Positions 33,671 to 46,860 of a stretch of 64,000 nt of DNA are shown here, in pieces; positions within the stretch are counted from its first letter, which is position 1, and every line of letters starts with the position of its first letter. Below the pieces are notes generated by a model. The model ran no database searches, was not told where the DNA came from, and saw only the letters and a list, made by a program, of their open reading frames with translations. This DNA is from Marsupella aquatica (taxonomy: Eukaryota > Plantae > Marchantiophyta): positions 21,795,867 through 21,859,866 of the forward strand of contig OZ316894.1 of the NCBI GenBank assembly GCA_973895155.1, read 5' to 3'. Made by a program: the position numbers and the translations under genes.

Positions 33671-36142
33671 TATTTAAGGATGATCCACCCACTAGACTAT
33701 CATCATTGGAGCATGAGAGGGTGGGATATTCTCCGCTAGCTTGGTGGGCGGTGGGTTGAATTAGATACAGTGTCTCAGTTGAGTTCTTAGACTATGTTAA
33801 TACCCATCTTCATTTACCCTCTGTATTTTCAGGGCATAAAGCTCCTGGTCAAAATCTGGATCACCTCCTTAGTAACATTCTCCTGTACTTTTACTAAAGT
33901 CAGAAAAAATAGAAACCTCAGGGTTTAAGTGTGTTAAGGTCTTGTTTGTGCAACATTATGGGTAATAGTAGCCCCTCAAAACTCAAGCTGCAGCTCTCAC
34001 TTTTGGGGGCACTATATCCCATTATTGAATTCACGCATAAAAGGTAAAGTCTCCCAAATAAACAAATATGCTTCTAAATATTCTGATTGTGAGCCAAAGA
34101 GCAAAAAGAAAAAGAAAAAAGAACTTCAGTTTCCTTCTTAGGTATCTTTACATTCATGCCAAAAGGAACTTATAGAGAGAACAACTACACTCTAATTCTA
34201 GATTCAGGTAAATGTAAATATGCTATTCTTTGTGATAACCCATCATCCCACCTAAATTCTCCAGTAGTGCAAGTCAATTCCGGTAGATTATTGCTCTTGT
34301 AAGAAAACTGTGAAACAGCTGAGAAATGTTTACAGCTAATATAGACAGTAATAGAAGCCTGACTAATATATGATAAGATTCTAAATCTATATAGCAGTCT
34401 CTTCTTAAGCGTTGAGAAAGTATACAAAAGCAAGAAACCACCAAAACATATTGCTTAAACATAAACCTAGAGTATAATCCTTGGTTATATGCATTGCAGA
34501 GATGCACAAAACCAAAATATATTGACCTACTATTACAAACTGTCACCCTAAGTCTAAAAAGATGCCACTCTTCAAACGTCACTTCATCAGCATCAGGCTC
34601 TCAGGCTTGTTTATTTATTTGTCCCTGTCCTTGTCATATTTAGATGTCCTTGTTGCAGCTATTCGTATGTTTTGCCCAAATAAAAAATGCGCATAAAGGC
34701 CCCCAAAATCAATTTATGATGAGTGAAGATAGGGGAAAGAAATGGCTCATGGGCTTTAGACTATGGGATTACTTGCTCACTTTAAGAGAACTATTCTTGA
34801 TGGCAGAATGGTATATTTTGACTCCCTCATCTCAGAAATTTGCTTAATGGGGCCCAATCGACGGCCCCTAGGTGTCAGCAGTGTCTACGGTAGGAGGTAT
34901 TAATTGTCCCACCAGAAATGTGTACCTCCCACATTCCTTCCTACCAACTGTTGAGCTTGCGTCGGTATCCATGTCCTGTGGAGCATTCTTCATGTGTGTA
35001 CTTTCTCCGCAGGCCTGTGTACAAGGGGATGGTGGTCAGAGAAGAGCGGCCGTGAAATTTCTGATTTTATCTTCAGATTGGGAAAATCTGCCACGACACA
35101 GAGTTCTGCAGTTCGTCTTTTGTAAATGTACATCGGAAAGTGCACCACAATTTGAAGTGCACTGACAATAGTTTGGAAGAAAGTTGTACCTGATTTGCAT
35201 TTCAGTTGAACCCTTTCTACCCTTCACAAACTGTGCTGTGATTCTTGACAATGGTGCTCTGGCTGTTGCTACTTCGTCCCTAGTCGTAGACAGGTAAGAG
35301 AATGAGGAACTCTGGTTGAGAGGCTGCGCACCTTATTTGTTGCTCACCTGTCTCTACTCTATCTGTCATGCAGGTAGTAGTGTAAAAACGTCTACTGTAA
35401 TGGTTGTATGATAGTTTTGAGGATCATGAAGAAAATTTTACATGGTGTCCTGAACGATCAGGAAACGGTCCCCCTTAGATCTTCTTTCGCCCAAATTAGT
35501 CCTACAACATCAAGACAACTGCCTTGATGAGGCCTGAAACCACTTCAGGTACATCTTATGCCAGTTATCCACAGAAATTTCTAAGCTGCCTTGCACGGTT
35601 GCAAATCGTCAGAATATGGAGAAAGGCAGCTGCGGTAAGAATCTGATTCTTGCTGGATTTCCCAACTGGAATAAACTAATATTGAGGCAACAGGCGGAAG
35701 CACGAGGTCCTGCTTGTAATTTGAAACCATTAACGTAAACTTAAAGAGTAGCGCCTAGAGCAGAAGAAACGCTACGCCATCAAGGAGGTGCGTAGGTAAC
35801 TTGATTACGCATGTCCTATTGAAATTAAAAAAAAATTGAAGTGGTTTTCCACATGTTCAACACATGCAAAGAGTCACCAAATTTCTTCAGATTCAATTTT
35901 TCCAATGTACAATGGGTTTTTGATGACTTCAAGCCCAACCATTCCAGCTCAAATAATCGTCAAATGATTCTAACAATAAGTAATGCCCAGGCTGAATTGA
36001 GCCTGGAAAATTAAGAACAAACGAATCCCGACTGCTTGTACAGATCTTGATCCCATAAAATCAATTTAAAAATGTTGACCCAAGTAAAATGAGCTCCTTC
36101 ACCCGGAAACCTCTATAGTACATGACATGAACTGCAGCATCC

Positions 36143-39100
36143 TCAGGAAATCGGTGTAAACGTGAGGAAGATTGCCATCCAGATGGTGAGCGGAACTATG
36201 GAGAGTGCGTACTGCGCAAGTTCAACAAGTCCTCGTCCCTGTCAGGTGACTTTCTAGTAATAATAAATCTCTTTTACCCCAAATGACTACCACTGTTCGT
36301 CAACACATCCGATAAGTACCATTCTTCCACTCGTCAGCAAATGAGTTCAGAGAAAATTTGCTGAAGTACAAACCTGGCGTAAGAGAAGAGATGCCAACAT
36401 CCCTGCCAGTGGTCGTGTCCCTGCGTTCAACTATAGGGCCAACGAGGACCTAAGTTAATAAAGTTACATTTACATCCCCGCAATAATTCTCTCTAAGATA
36501 AGGAACCGAGTATTACTTTTACCGACTTATGTCTATATAAATAAAAGCCTTTTTGCGGCAGCATAAGCACTAGAATCTACACCAGCCACGAAAGGATGTC
36601 TTAAATTTCTTGAAACATATAAAAGGAAATAGTTCACTGACCTGAGCCAAGAGTACTAGATTTTGAGCGGTCGGCATCGATGCCTCTGCCTGCATCCCAA
36701 CCAAAATAGCCCACAGTCAGCAGGAATCAACCCTGTCCAGGATCTACTCGAGGATCACGTAAGGGATCAAGGTCACATAGCCCAAACCCTGATTCAAAGG
36801 ATCTTTGTAGTGAGGTCAGCCCAATGGAGAGCAGACATAAAATTGGGCTAAGAGGCAACGGCAAGACGAGACTAGACAAGACCAGAGGGCTTTGACGTAA
36901 ACACCAACAACGGCCACTGAGCTAGCTATCCATGGAACGGTATCGATTGCAGGGAATGCAAATGCTCTTGGACGCAAACTCCAAGGCAGCAACTGTGTAC
37001 CTTACTGCCAGACGAGACCACTTTCTTCTAGTTTAATTTAGGATGTCAATTAATAATTCAATTACGGTTTTGCGGCACATGGCTCGGACTAATTTACCCC
37101 TCAGAATGACAAGTCTCTGAACTGGGCTATATAAACCCAGGAATAAAAACAGGCACTAATAACAGCAACGTTAGCAGAGAAAGTGCTTACTAGAATCACG
37201 AGTCTGTAAATTGGGTCTGCAGGCAACATATGGAGGCATTGCAGTATCTGCACATAAAGGAAAATGGGTTATAATTAATACCCATAAGGCAATCCAGGTG
37301 GCTCGCGTTTTAGCCCTGGCATATAAAATTACTAACAATAGAATATCTTCAGAAGAAAAAGAGTTCCATGGATGCAAAATAGTTATTGGACACTATTATC
37401 AGAAGTATTACATGTCGACATCATGCTAGGAAACCTGCTAAAAGAAGCTCTTCCAGATAGCAAACGACCAACCCATTGTGCTGCCTATCATGTCAACTAT
37501 CAAGTAGCAGAAAAGCGAATCCAAGTATCTTACAAAAGAGAATAAGATGCCAGTGACTGGCAAAATGAGCAGGCGAATCACTGCTATGACCCAAAAGGCT
37601 TTGGTATCCAGAACGGGTTGCTCGCTTCCGGAAAGACTAGCCCCGACCTCGCGTGACGGTGGAGATATCTCAGATTCAGCTTCATCATGAGAGATCTTTT
37701 CAGATTTTTCTCCTGGTTTTGGCAAGGATGCTCCAAGGGATGTTGCCAGAACGACTGTCTGCACTGCTAGAGTGGCAGTTCCTAACAAAGACGCTGCCTG
37801 CGGCCCCAAAACTTAGATGAGAAACAACCGTGAGAGAATCCAAACGAAGGCCAGAATAAACATGCACTTCAAACGTGACAGATATGATTCCGAACACGTT
37901 GATAAGGAGGGATATCTAAGTTCACCAAACATGTGGGAATAATACCACGTCAGAAACAGCATTTCTTGACAGACCTCAAACAGAGGGCTTAGGATTCCAG
38001 CTGTAACACTTCGAAGTTTTGCAAAAACTCCCACTGTATCAAAAGCTGTACTGTCCAAAGCAGTTCCTTCTCTACCTCCAAGGAACAAATGTGACAAGGG
38101 GGTTCCTCCTATGAGCAGGCCCACAAAGACCTGCATAGTCCAAGCGATTGGTGAAGTCAGGCGCACATGCGAAAGGCGTTCAGGCAAAGTCCTTAGAAGC
38201 AACGACTGATCGACCACAGTCGACAGCAAGACAAATGTGGGAACTCAGCTACTAAACAACCGCACGGACTTTGAGTAGCTGAACCGTAGCGACCAATAAT
38301 CTTCGGGTGTGTGCCAGCGGCAGTCATAATTACAAACATAAACATTCAATTTAAAAACCTTTGGACTGAGACCTATCTTTACCCAAAATGTAGCGGTTTT
38401 AGCACTTACTCCATAGAGCGGTGGGTTCATGACGCTTCCAATCTGCTTAAGGATAATTTTCCAAATCGGTTGCTCAATATTCGACTCAGGAACCTCCTCC
38501 TTGTCCCCGGCAGTGAGGATCTTGTAACCCACACTCCACATGGCTGGTGACCATCCAACCATGTACAAGGCCAAGTATCTGACAATGATGTATACTCCAA
38601 TTAGTTCACAATTTCAATTCTTTTGACTGAAACTTACCACAACAACGACAAAAACCAGGGAACTAAACTACTCAATGTGACCAGAGGTAAACTTGAAAAC
38701 CAGAGGGGCACAGAAAGGACTCAATCTTTGCTTCATGCGGCAAACTTCTTGAAATATGAGGAAAACTGCATATACAGCCTGAACTCACCCTGCAGCGCGA
38801 TTTGCTTCTTCAGTGGTAGCTAAAACTCCAGTTAAAAACACCTGATTTATTGGATCCAAAAATCAAGTTACGGATGTCGTGCAGAACAGGCCACCAACAA
38901 TTGTCTCAAGGAAATCTAGTAGAAACTCAAGCGGAAGAAAACACCTGTGCTAGAGCGTCTGGCTAAATATCCCTTATCAGGCAATTCAGAGTGCATCTCT
39001 TGATTTGATTGTACATAAAGTAAGGCACGACTTGAAACTTCGTATCAATTCTCATGAAGAGCGCTAAAATCCAGATTTTGTCTGCCTTGATTTTGTCGAA

Positions 39101-41231
39101 TGGTAGAAGGATAGCGTTTACCAGAGGAAGAGTAAGAGAGTTGCCGAATGCACACGCTGCAGTTATCAGTGCTTGCTTCTTCGTTGCAGAACGTGTGAGC
39201 CTTAGTTGATGCTCACTGAATGTTAGAGACGAAGAACTGTCTACCGCTTGATTGCTTGACCAATCCACAGCAGGCCGAAGAAGAGGAACTTTGAAGAAAA
39301 TTTGACTTGCCAACTTCCCGAGCATTGCTCCAACAATTACCTGCCAGTCCAATCTGCGTTGTTAGAATTTTGACAGCGGGCAGTTGAAATTGCTTGCATT
39401 AGTTGTTCAAAATAACGTTTTCGGTTGCTGCCAAGCATCCTCTTTATTCAAGCCATCATTTGATCACAGCATCTCTGCAACAGCAAACCTAGTGAGCTGT
39501 ACTGGAAGGGATCCTAACGACGGAGAACTGAGTGTAGAGCTAACTACACAATGTGACACAAATGACAGACACCCATGAAGATGGTATCTGGATAGGGAAG
39601 TTGGACTGGGCCAGTGGGCACCAACGCTGTTTCCGCAATTGTTCAATCAGAGTATCGACTGAAATGCAAATCAATGGCAGCAACTGCAATGCTCTGGTTC
39701 ATGATGCTGAGGACATCAATGAGTACCTGAGCAAATGCCATCAAAGGTAAAGCTACGAGGTTTGATGCAGACGAGCTTGAGAGAGTGGTTGCCACCTATG
39801 TAACAAACAACCACGATATTTGTAAGCATAATTGCAACGAGTGCACTTCAACAATGTTTTTAAAAATCCTCAAAGCTAACCGGGAAACTAAATCGAGAAC
39901 AAATCAGGTTTGAACACCAAAATATGAGAGCGAGTGAGAACCTTTGAGAGCAGAAAGCACGGAATGAACAGCCTAAATGCTACTTGGCTCAAGATCACCG
40001 GGGTGTCGGGTGGAAGCTGTCCTGACCGCTGCATCCACACAACCAAAGCTGCCATTGGAGAGCTTGGTAAGCCAAAAGCACTCAAGAGGTGAGGACATCT
40101 GAAACCCATACATTTGACATCAACCAATATTACTTAGTCGGTATCCATCCCACGGAACCCGCTCGTAAGAAGTTCTCAATCTAGAACCATAACATCTCCA
40201 AAATCTCATGAAATTTTCCCTACATACTATACTGAAATTTACGTTCATAGACTTCCATGCAGGCACTAACCTGTCTGGCCACGCACAAATCTTCTAAGGA
40301 CAGAGAGATACATAGCAACAGGGAACACTGACGATTGCTGTCCATTGCAAAGCATCAGGGAAAGGAGTCAGGGACACGAAGTGAACTTACTGCAAAGACT
40401 CAGAAGATTGACGGAGGTTCCGAACGAGGACCGCAGAACACTCAAATCCAGAGCCAAGCCTAATCTTGCTAATGCACTGAAAGAGCCGGTGACGGTTCCG
40501 GCTGAAATCGAGGCAATGGGTAGAGTCCCAACAGCAGAGCAGGCAACCTGCCTGGCTAGAAGATTATTTTTAAGTCGTGGTAAGCTGCCACCTGCTCGCT
40601 TCACCAAGCTGACCGGTTTTCTCAACCCGGCTGTTGATTGCTTTGCGGCATCCGTGGCCAAGTTCAGTTTTGCATGGCTGGTCGCCACTCTGCTAACCTT
40701 CTTGGTATAACTGGTGGATGCCGTGGTCGCAATTGGTGGTGCAGCATTGCAATGCTCCAAACTATACACAGAGAAGGAAGTAACCTCTTGTTGTCCAGCT
40801 GTAGCTGGGGAGTAGGTTGCAGCAATGGCGAGGTCCTCGCCGCCCAAGGCACACTGAATAAGTACAACCGCTGCAGTGCTTATCATGACGCGCCTGCCCA
40901 CAGCTTCCTGGGATTCAAGCCATTCACTCAATTCAGTGTCTGAGTTGTTGTTGTTGCAGGATTCCGCGTCGTCAGTCGCTCTCATTTGAGAATTCCTGAG
41001 TGGAGAGGGATCTCTGAGCCACAGAGATGACCGTGGACGTCCCTGTCCCAGTCCGTGTCCCGATCCTCGAGTCCCAGAAGACGTCTGGTGCTGTTTTATC
41101 AGCTCTATTTTTCTTCTTCTCCCAGAATACAGTAACGGAGGCATCGGAATTGCAGACGTTGCAATGGGGGAGGGAAGGAAGAGATGGACTGAAGGTGCCG
41201 CCATTTTCAGCCCTCTGCTAGAACTTCCCAT
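36143..41231 (-). CDS. PILS-like / auxin efflux carrier (Mem_trans) family transporter with long N-terminal extension, 12 exons
   Basis: Exons 41231-40391, 40048-39942, 39795-39727, 39340-39122, 38841-38789, 38578-38410, 38130-37975, 37797-37534, 37247-37191, 36689-36642, 36430-36374, 36211-36143. Motifs LSQVAFRLFIPCFLLSK, CAFGNSLTLPL, MNPPLYG, VIRLLILP, LPADPIYRLVIL, SMPTAQNL and YALSIVPLTIW match PIN-LIKES helices. Alternative ATG at 41204. Confidence 0.88.
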
Positions 41232-42539
41232 GCTGCTACCACGACCGCGGTATCATACTCCCTTGGTCACCTCGGCCAGATTATCATACTTGAGCCCCAA
41301 CCATCTGCCCCAGAATTCAAAATTTAGATCGTCAGATATCATCCTCGCTAAGACACCACAAACGAGTGAGTTTATCCACTTATTGCTCGAGACGATGGGG
41401 AGAAAATGATTGAAGATGTATGTTTCACGAGTTTGCTTGCGAATTTCACTATCAGAAACGGAGCTTCGACTATGACATGGTAAATTCTATGAATTCAGCA
41501 TCACCGACACGGTCACTTATACCAGCTCCTACTGTTTGATTCTTGGGGGCAGGAACTCTTAAGCACTGAAAAGCCAGGATGGGCGCAACTTCTGTGTGCT
41601 TCACCATTTCAATGTTAAGTTACGAACATCTTCCCTACATACGGTATCCTAGAGATATAAATTCGCCACGGAGAATCCCAGACGCGCTCTGCAAACAGAC
41701 AAGCTTCACCATTCTCATGTCTAGTTGCGAATTTCAATCCAGCACGACGCCTACCTTCACCATGCAAAATTACTGACATTAGACAACAAGTGCGCTAAGC
41801 TCTTCTGCGCAGGACCGCATCTTCAATCATTTACGGAGAGGCTGCTGCAAGCTTTTCAAATCAAGCCAAGGCGAGTTCTCAGGTACCGTGTAGAACTCGT
41901 CCAAGGCGGCAAGCATGTAACCAAATGAGCGAATGAGCAAATGGCCAGCCAGACTACAGAACCGTAGCGGAGCTCAGAGACATCCGCCGCTCTGTGGCTG
42001 AAATGGCATTTAGTATATCCTAATTGAACACGCGATGTCGCACAGCGCAATCGCGAGGGGTGAACGGACAGGCAGGCAGGCAATGCAATATACATGAACT
42101 CTCGTCAGCAGCAAGAAGTGGAGAGCCACTTGAAAAATTATTGCAAGGATATTCCAAAAAGCGCTCGAGCTGAAAGATTCTAGTCAGGATAATTCCAAAA
42201 AGCTCCATTCAATCGTGCTCTAATCAAAAGAAAGAACTCAAAGCTACCGAATCATCTTGTCGGTGCATCAGCACGACACAAATTTGAGTTGGCACCACAT
42301 CATTTCTATGGACTCCCGTCGCAGACGAATTGAATCCATCCAATTCCACCATAGACAGCGTCCGCGCCTCTAACATCATCATTCTGAACAGACCGAAAAA
42401 TGGCTCTATTTCCAACGCGTCTTTTTCCGGGATTGGTTGAGTTTCTCACCACATGATTGTCCGCCATGGATTGGTGTCTCACCATGAGCAAGATTCGCGT
42501 ACAGACTGATAATGCATCTCCGCACACGGACAAGATGAA

Positions 42540-42610
42540 ACAGAGGGACAAAGAGAGAGAGAGAGAGAGAGAAACAGAGAATGCAAGGCTCTCTGTCCGC
42601 TCTCACATCC
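42540..42610 (-). promoter_or_regulatory. (CT)n tract, probable TSS/5' leader region of the PILS-like gene
   Basis: A (GA)n run at about 42553-42572 on + is (CT)n on the gene strand, as at the 5' ends of p23 and CDC20 here. It lies about 1.3 kb upstream of the ATG. Confidence 0.4.
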
Positions 42611-42823
42611 CAGCCTCATATCAAAAGACGAGGCCCGTTTCGGTGACGTGTAAGTTGTGGTAGCTCTCGTCTGCTTACTCTGTTCGCATTTGAGCTCCAG
42701 CTAATGTCAACCTTTACCTCTCCATCAAATTCATAATTAACCTGGGTTATCAATCTATCTAATAGGGCGTCTCAAAGCTTTTACCTCTCCATCATTGAAT
42801 TCATAATTAACCTGGGTTATCAA

Positions 42824-43316
42824 TCTTACTATAAAAGCGCAACTGAAGCCTACTCTTCAGGGCCTAGGTCTAGAGTGAAGACTATAACTCCCAATATAGA
42901 CAAAGATTGAATTCATAATTAACCTGGGTTATCAATCTTCCAACTGAAGTCTACTCTTGAGTGTCTAGGTCGAGAGTGAAGCCTCTAGAGAGTAACTCCT
43001 AATAGAGACAAAGATTGAATTCATAATTAACCTGGGTTATCAATCTTACTATAAAAGCGCCAACTGAAACCTACTCTTGAGGGCCTAGGTCTAGAGTGCA
43101 GCGTCTACACGGTAACTACCAATATAGACAAAATTGATAATGAGGTTCAATAAGGTCAAATTTAAATCAGGATGGACCAAAGTGACATTGACTGTAAATA
43201 AAAATTAAACTGAAATAAGAATGGACAAAAAACAAGGATGGGGCAAAGATTAACCAAAGGTGCATATACATTTTATTCATATTTGTTTACGTTCAAGGAA
43301 CAGGTCATGGGGCTAG
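42824..43316 (+). mobile_element. Non-autonomous Helitron-like element, copy 2, with triplicated 5' junction
   Basis: A|TC starts at 42824, 42936 and 43044 (about 110-bp tandem unit that includes flank). 3' GTTC-aag-GAAC hairpin then ggggCTAG|T at 43316. No TSD. The empty site is present at 42753/42754. Confidence 0.8.
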
Positions 43317-43327
43317 TCTATTTAATA

Positions 43328-43862
43328 GGGCATCTCAAAGCTGGGTCATGAGTGAAAGTTACGGATTTGTATCTAATATCCCATAACTCTGGTTATGGAA
43401 TTCAAAAAAATGAGGGGAGGTAGCATTGACCCGCCCCATAAGGCAGGGTTACAGCGTCACCTGTCTCATAGCCTATATTATTTGAACTTCCACTCTTGAT
43501 TAGCTGCCACCTCAAATGTAGCAGTCATCACCACGTCAAGTGCAAAGCCCATGTGCCTTCAGTTGTGGCTTTCCGGAGTTACAGAAAAGTTACAGGTTAA
43601 GTGTTGAGCCCGCTGGCTTTCCTTAAAGCGCCACTGTCCGTGACACCATTTTTAGTACCCTGTTCCTGAGATTATGGAGCAAAGTCTCATGCTAGAGGAG
43701 AGAAATGTGAAAAAGTGAAGAGTCTTGGACACTTCTCCTTTTATATGGATAGTGGTGGTTTAAGGTAGCTGAAGGTAGGCTCCCATAACCTTTAAAAGAG
43801 TTCCTGTAATACTGGAGTTATGGGAGGGCCTTATCTTGTTAACATCAGGCTTTGAGACACCC
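43328..43862. mobile_element. MITE / non-autonomous TIR element flanked by TA
   Basis: Left TA-gggcatctcaaagc and right gctttgagacaccc-TA are inverted repeats. Subterminal cccataac / gttatggga motifs are inverted. Further copies of the terminus at 42762 and 43880. Confidence 0.7.
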
Positions 43863-43892
43863 TAATAAAGTGCCTCTAATAGGGTGTCTCGC

Positions 43893-44050
43893 AAGTCAGG
43901 TTGGCACACACCCTAGTAAAGTATAGGATCATGTCCATTTGGTGAAGTCAGGTTGGCACACACGCTAGTAAAGTATAGGATCATGGCCATTTGGTGAAGT
44001 CAGGTTGGCACACTCCCACGTAAAGTATAAGATCATGGCCATTTGGTCTG
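43893..44050. repeat. Tandem repeat, 3 copies of about 52 bp
   Basis: aagtcaggttggcacac...gtaaagtataggatcatg.ccatttggt occurs three times. Confidence 0.9.
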
Positions 44051-46211
44051 AGGTTACTAGCCTGTAACCCTGTGACCATAAAGTGAGGAAAACCTGGCCG
44101 CCGGGAAGCTTTTCTAAGCTTTCCTGGAGTAGGCTAGAACCCCTGCCCAGACCTCCACTATAGTATGTCATTACCGTTCGGAAAAGAGTTATTTCCGGGC
44201 AAGAGATTATGGGAATGGCAGGTACCTTCCAAATTGGTTGAACACGGGTAACCTGCATTCCGTACAGAAATTACGTGCAATTGAAAAGCAAGATTAGGTA
44301 GGGCCTACACGGAGGTCTACAAGTCTGGGCTAGGGTTATTAGCTTGTAATAACACTCTGACCAGAAAGTGCCTAAGACTTGACTTGCCATGAAGCTTTTT
44401 GGAGCTTTTTGGGAGCAGGGTTCAGGCCACTTCCAGACCTCATTTATATTTTAAAAATTGTTGTATAAAAAAGGTTATGGACCATGAGTTTTGGGGCAAG
44501 AGATTATGGAAAATGGCAGGTACGTTCAGGAATGGTTTCACACTGATAACTTGTATTCGGGACTGCTACAATTTAGACTGAAGCTTATAGGCACCAGTTG
44601 TGGGTGCCCAATAGCACAACCATGGGTCAAACTGGAAAATGGTTCTTGCCAGCCATTTCCCAGTGCTCTGGCATCTGAGGTTAGTAAGTACAGTCATAAG
44701 TTAAAGAATGAGGTGAAATGAAAGATGATCAACTTTCTTAAGCCCAAAAAAGGAGTCTATGTAATAAAGCTTGATCAAAAGTTATGATTAATAAGAGTGT
44801 ACAGTCTAGAGTGAATTCTCCACACCGTGACTTTAGGGCATAGATACAGTTGGGGCGGACTTAAGAATATGGTACTCATCATCTATTTACGAGCAAAGCT
44901 TGAGGCTAGTAAATAGAGTTGTACAATAAATGTAAGACAAAGAACGTGGTGAATTGAAAGATGATGAATGTATCTAATAGTAAGTTTTCAAAAGCTAGGA
45001 TAAGGGCGTATAGTTATCAAAAGCTAGGATAAGGGCATGTAGTCTAGAGTGAAGCCTCTAGGCTGTGACTTGAGGGGCACAACTAGGGGCAAACTAGAAA
45101 ATGGTACTCAACATCTATTTACAAGCAAAGCTTAGGCTAGTAGATAGAATTATACATTACAAAACGAGATGAAACAAAAGATGTTCAATGCTCTTAAGCC
45201 TGACAAATGAGTAACCTTAAATTCTTGCACCAACACATAAACCTCTGGTTGAGGTAGTGGGGCAGTGTGGTGAACTAGAAGTTGTCTCATTTTGCTCCAG
45301 TAGAACTACAGGTGACTTGGAGCTAAGCACATCCCAAAACCCTTACTGCATTCCAGCCCCTATGCAAATCCTGAATAGTTCAATTGAGAGATGCGGCTCA
45401 ACTCACCTGGATTCTTGCATAAGTAACAGTCAACTTGCCCCAATTTGGCCATAGTATGAACAACTCAATAAGTCTGTACTTAATTAGTTGGCATCCCTAA
45501 TTAGTCTGTTCACAAGAGAGGGGAGGGTTGATGATACCAGAATTCCAAAATGTGCACCTCCTTAACAAGCGTTTCTTTATCTTGTACTTGGCTAGGTAAG
45601 AGTTGCGACCCTTATTCTTTCCTTCCCCTGATCGTCTCACATCTTATCTTGTGGCATTGTGTTGCTCTCAGGAATTATGATCACAAGGGCCTTACTGCCC
45701 CTCAACAACTACAAAAGTATTGGTTTTTTGTGCAAATTTAATGCTTGGATCCGTATCAGTGTTATTTACCAAATTATTCTCATGTACTCTTCAATTTTAG
45801 TAAGCTGCCCATCTTTCCTAATCAAGAACCCTCCTCAAAATTAGTTTGGGCCTACTACAAGTATAGATCCAAGTACTAAGTTTTGAGCAAAAACCAATAT
45901 TTCCAACCAGGATGATGTAAAGCTTTGTTTATTCTACTAGCTGTAAAAATCCTTCCTGGTCGTACGCCAAAGGCACATCTGAAGGGTCATCCAAATGGCC
46001 AGCATAGAAGGGTTGAGAGAATTTAAGCAGAATGATGTTGGGTAAGTCAATTGGGACCCAATGATTGTGAAGAGATGTTTGTTAAGCCAATTGGGACCCA
46101 TCTATTGTGGAGAGCTTTCTAAGCTGTGGAAAGTCTTCACGTTATCACTTGAACCCAAAAACCTAGTAAGGGACTGTGAAACGACAATTTGCCTCAGACC
46201 TGACCAATCTA

Positions 46212-46860
46212 TATTAGCAATTGTTGCAATGCGACCCCGTGTTGGCAATCCGTTTGGAATGGAGAGGACGCTCACTGGATACCCTGGACGATCACTTTGG
46301 TCACTGTGATTGCCTTATCTGGTTAATCAAAGAAAAGCCTGGTGAATTTGATTTTCCAACATTTATCGGTGCCTTCAAGAAAATTGTTGTGGTCTGCCTT
46401 GCAAAGGCGAAATGCTGTGATCTGATGAACTTATTAGCAATTGTTGTGACATGACCCAGCGAGGGCAATCCGTTTGGAATGGAGAGCACGCTCACTGGAG
46501 ACTAGGGAAGATCTCTTTGATTACTGTGGTTGCCTTATCTGGTTAATCAAAGAAAAGCCTGGTGAATTTGATTTTCCAACATCTATCGATGCCTTCAAGA
46601 AAATTGTTGTGGTCTGCGAAACCCTGTGATCGATGGACTCATTAGCAATTGTTGTGACGTGACCCCAACGAGGGCAATGCGTTTGGAATGGAGAGCACGC
46701 TCACTGGATACTAGGGAAGATCACTTTGGTTACTGTGGCTGCCTTATCTGGTTAATCAAAGAGAAGCCTGGTGAATTTGATTTTGCAACATCTATGTAAT
46801 GCCTATGCCGTCAAGAGAAGTGTTGCTGGTATGCATTGCAAAGGCGGAAATCCTGTGATC
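46212..46860. repeat. Tandem repeat, 3 copies of about 210-220 bp
   Basis: attagcaattgttg...cgtttggaatggagag.acgctcactgga...tgccttatctggttaatcaaaga.aagcctggtgaatttgattt at about 46213, 46433 and 46641. Confidence 0.92.
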
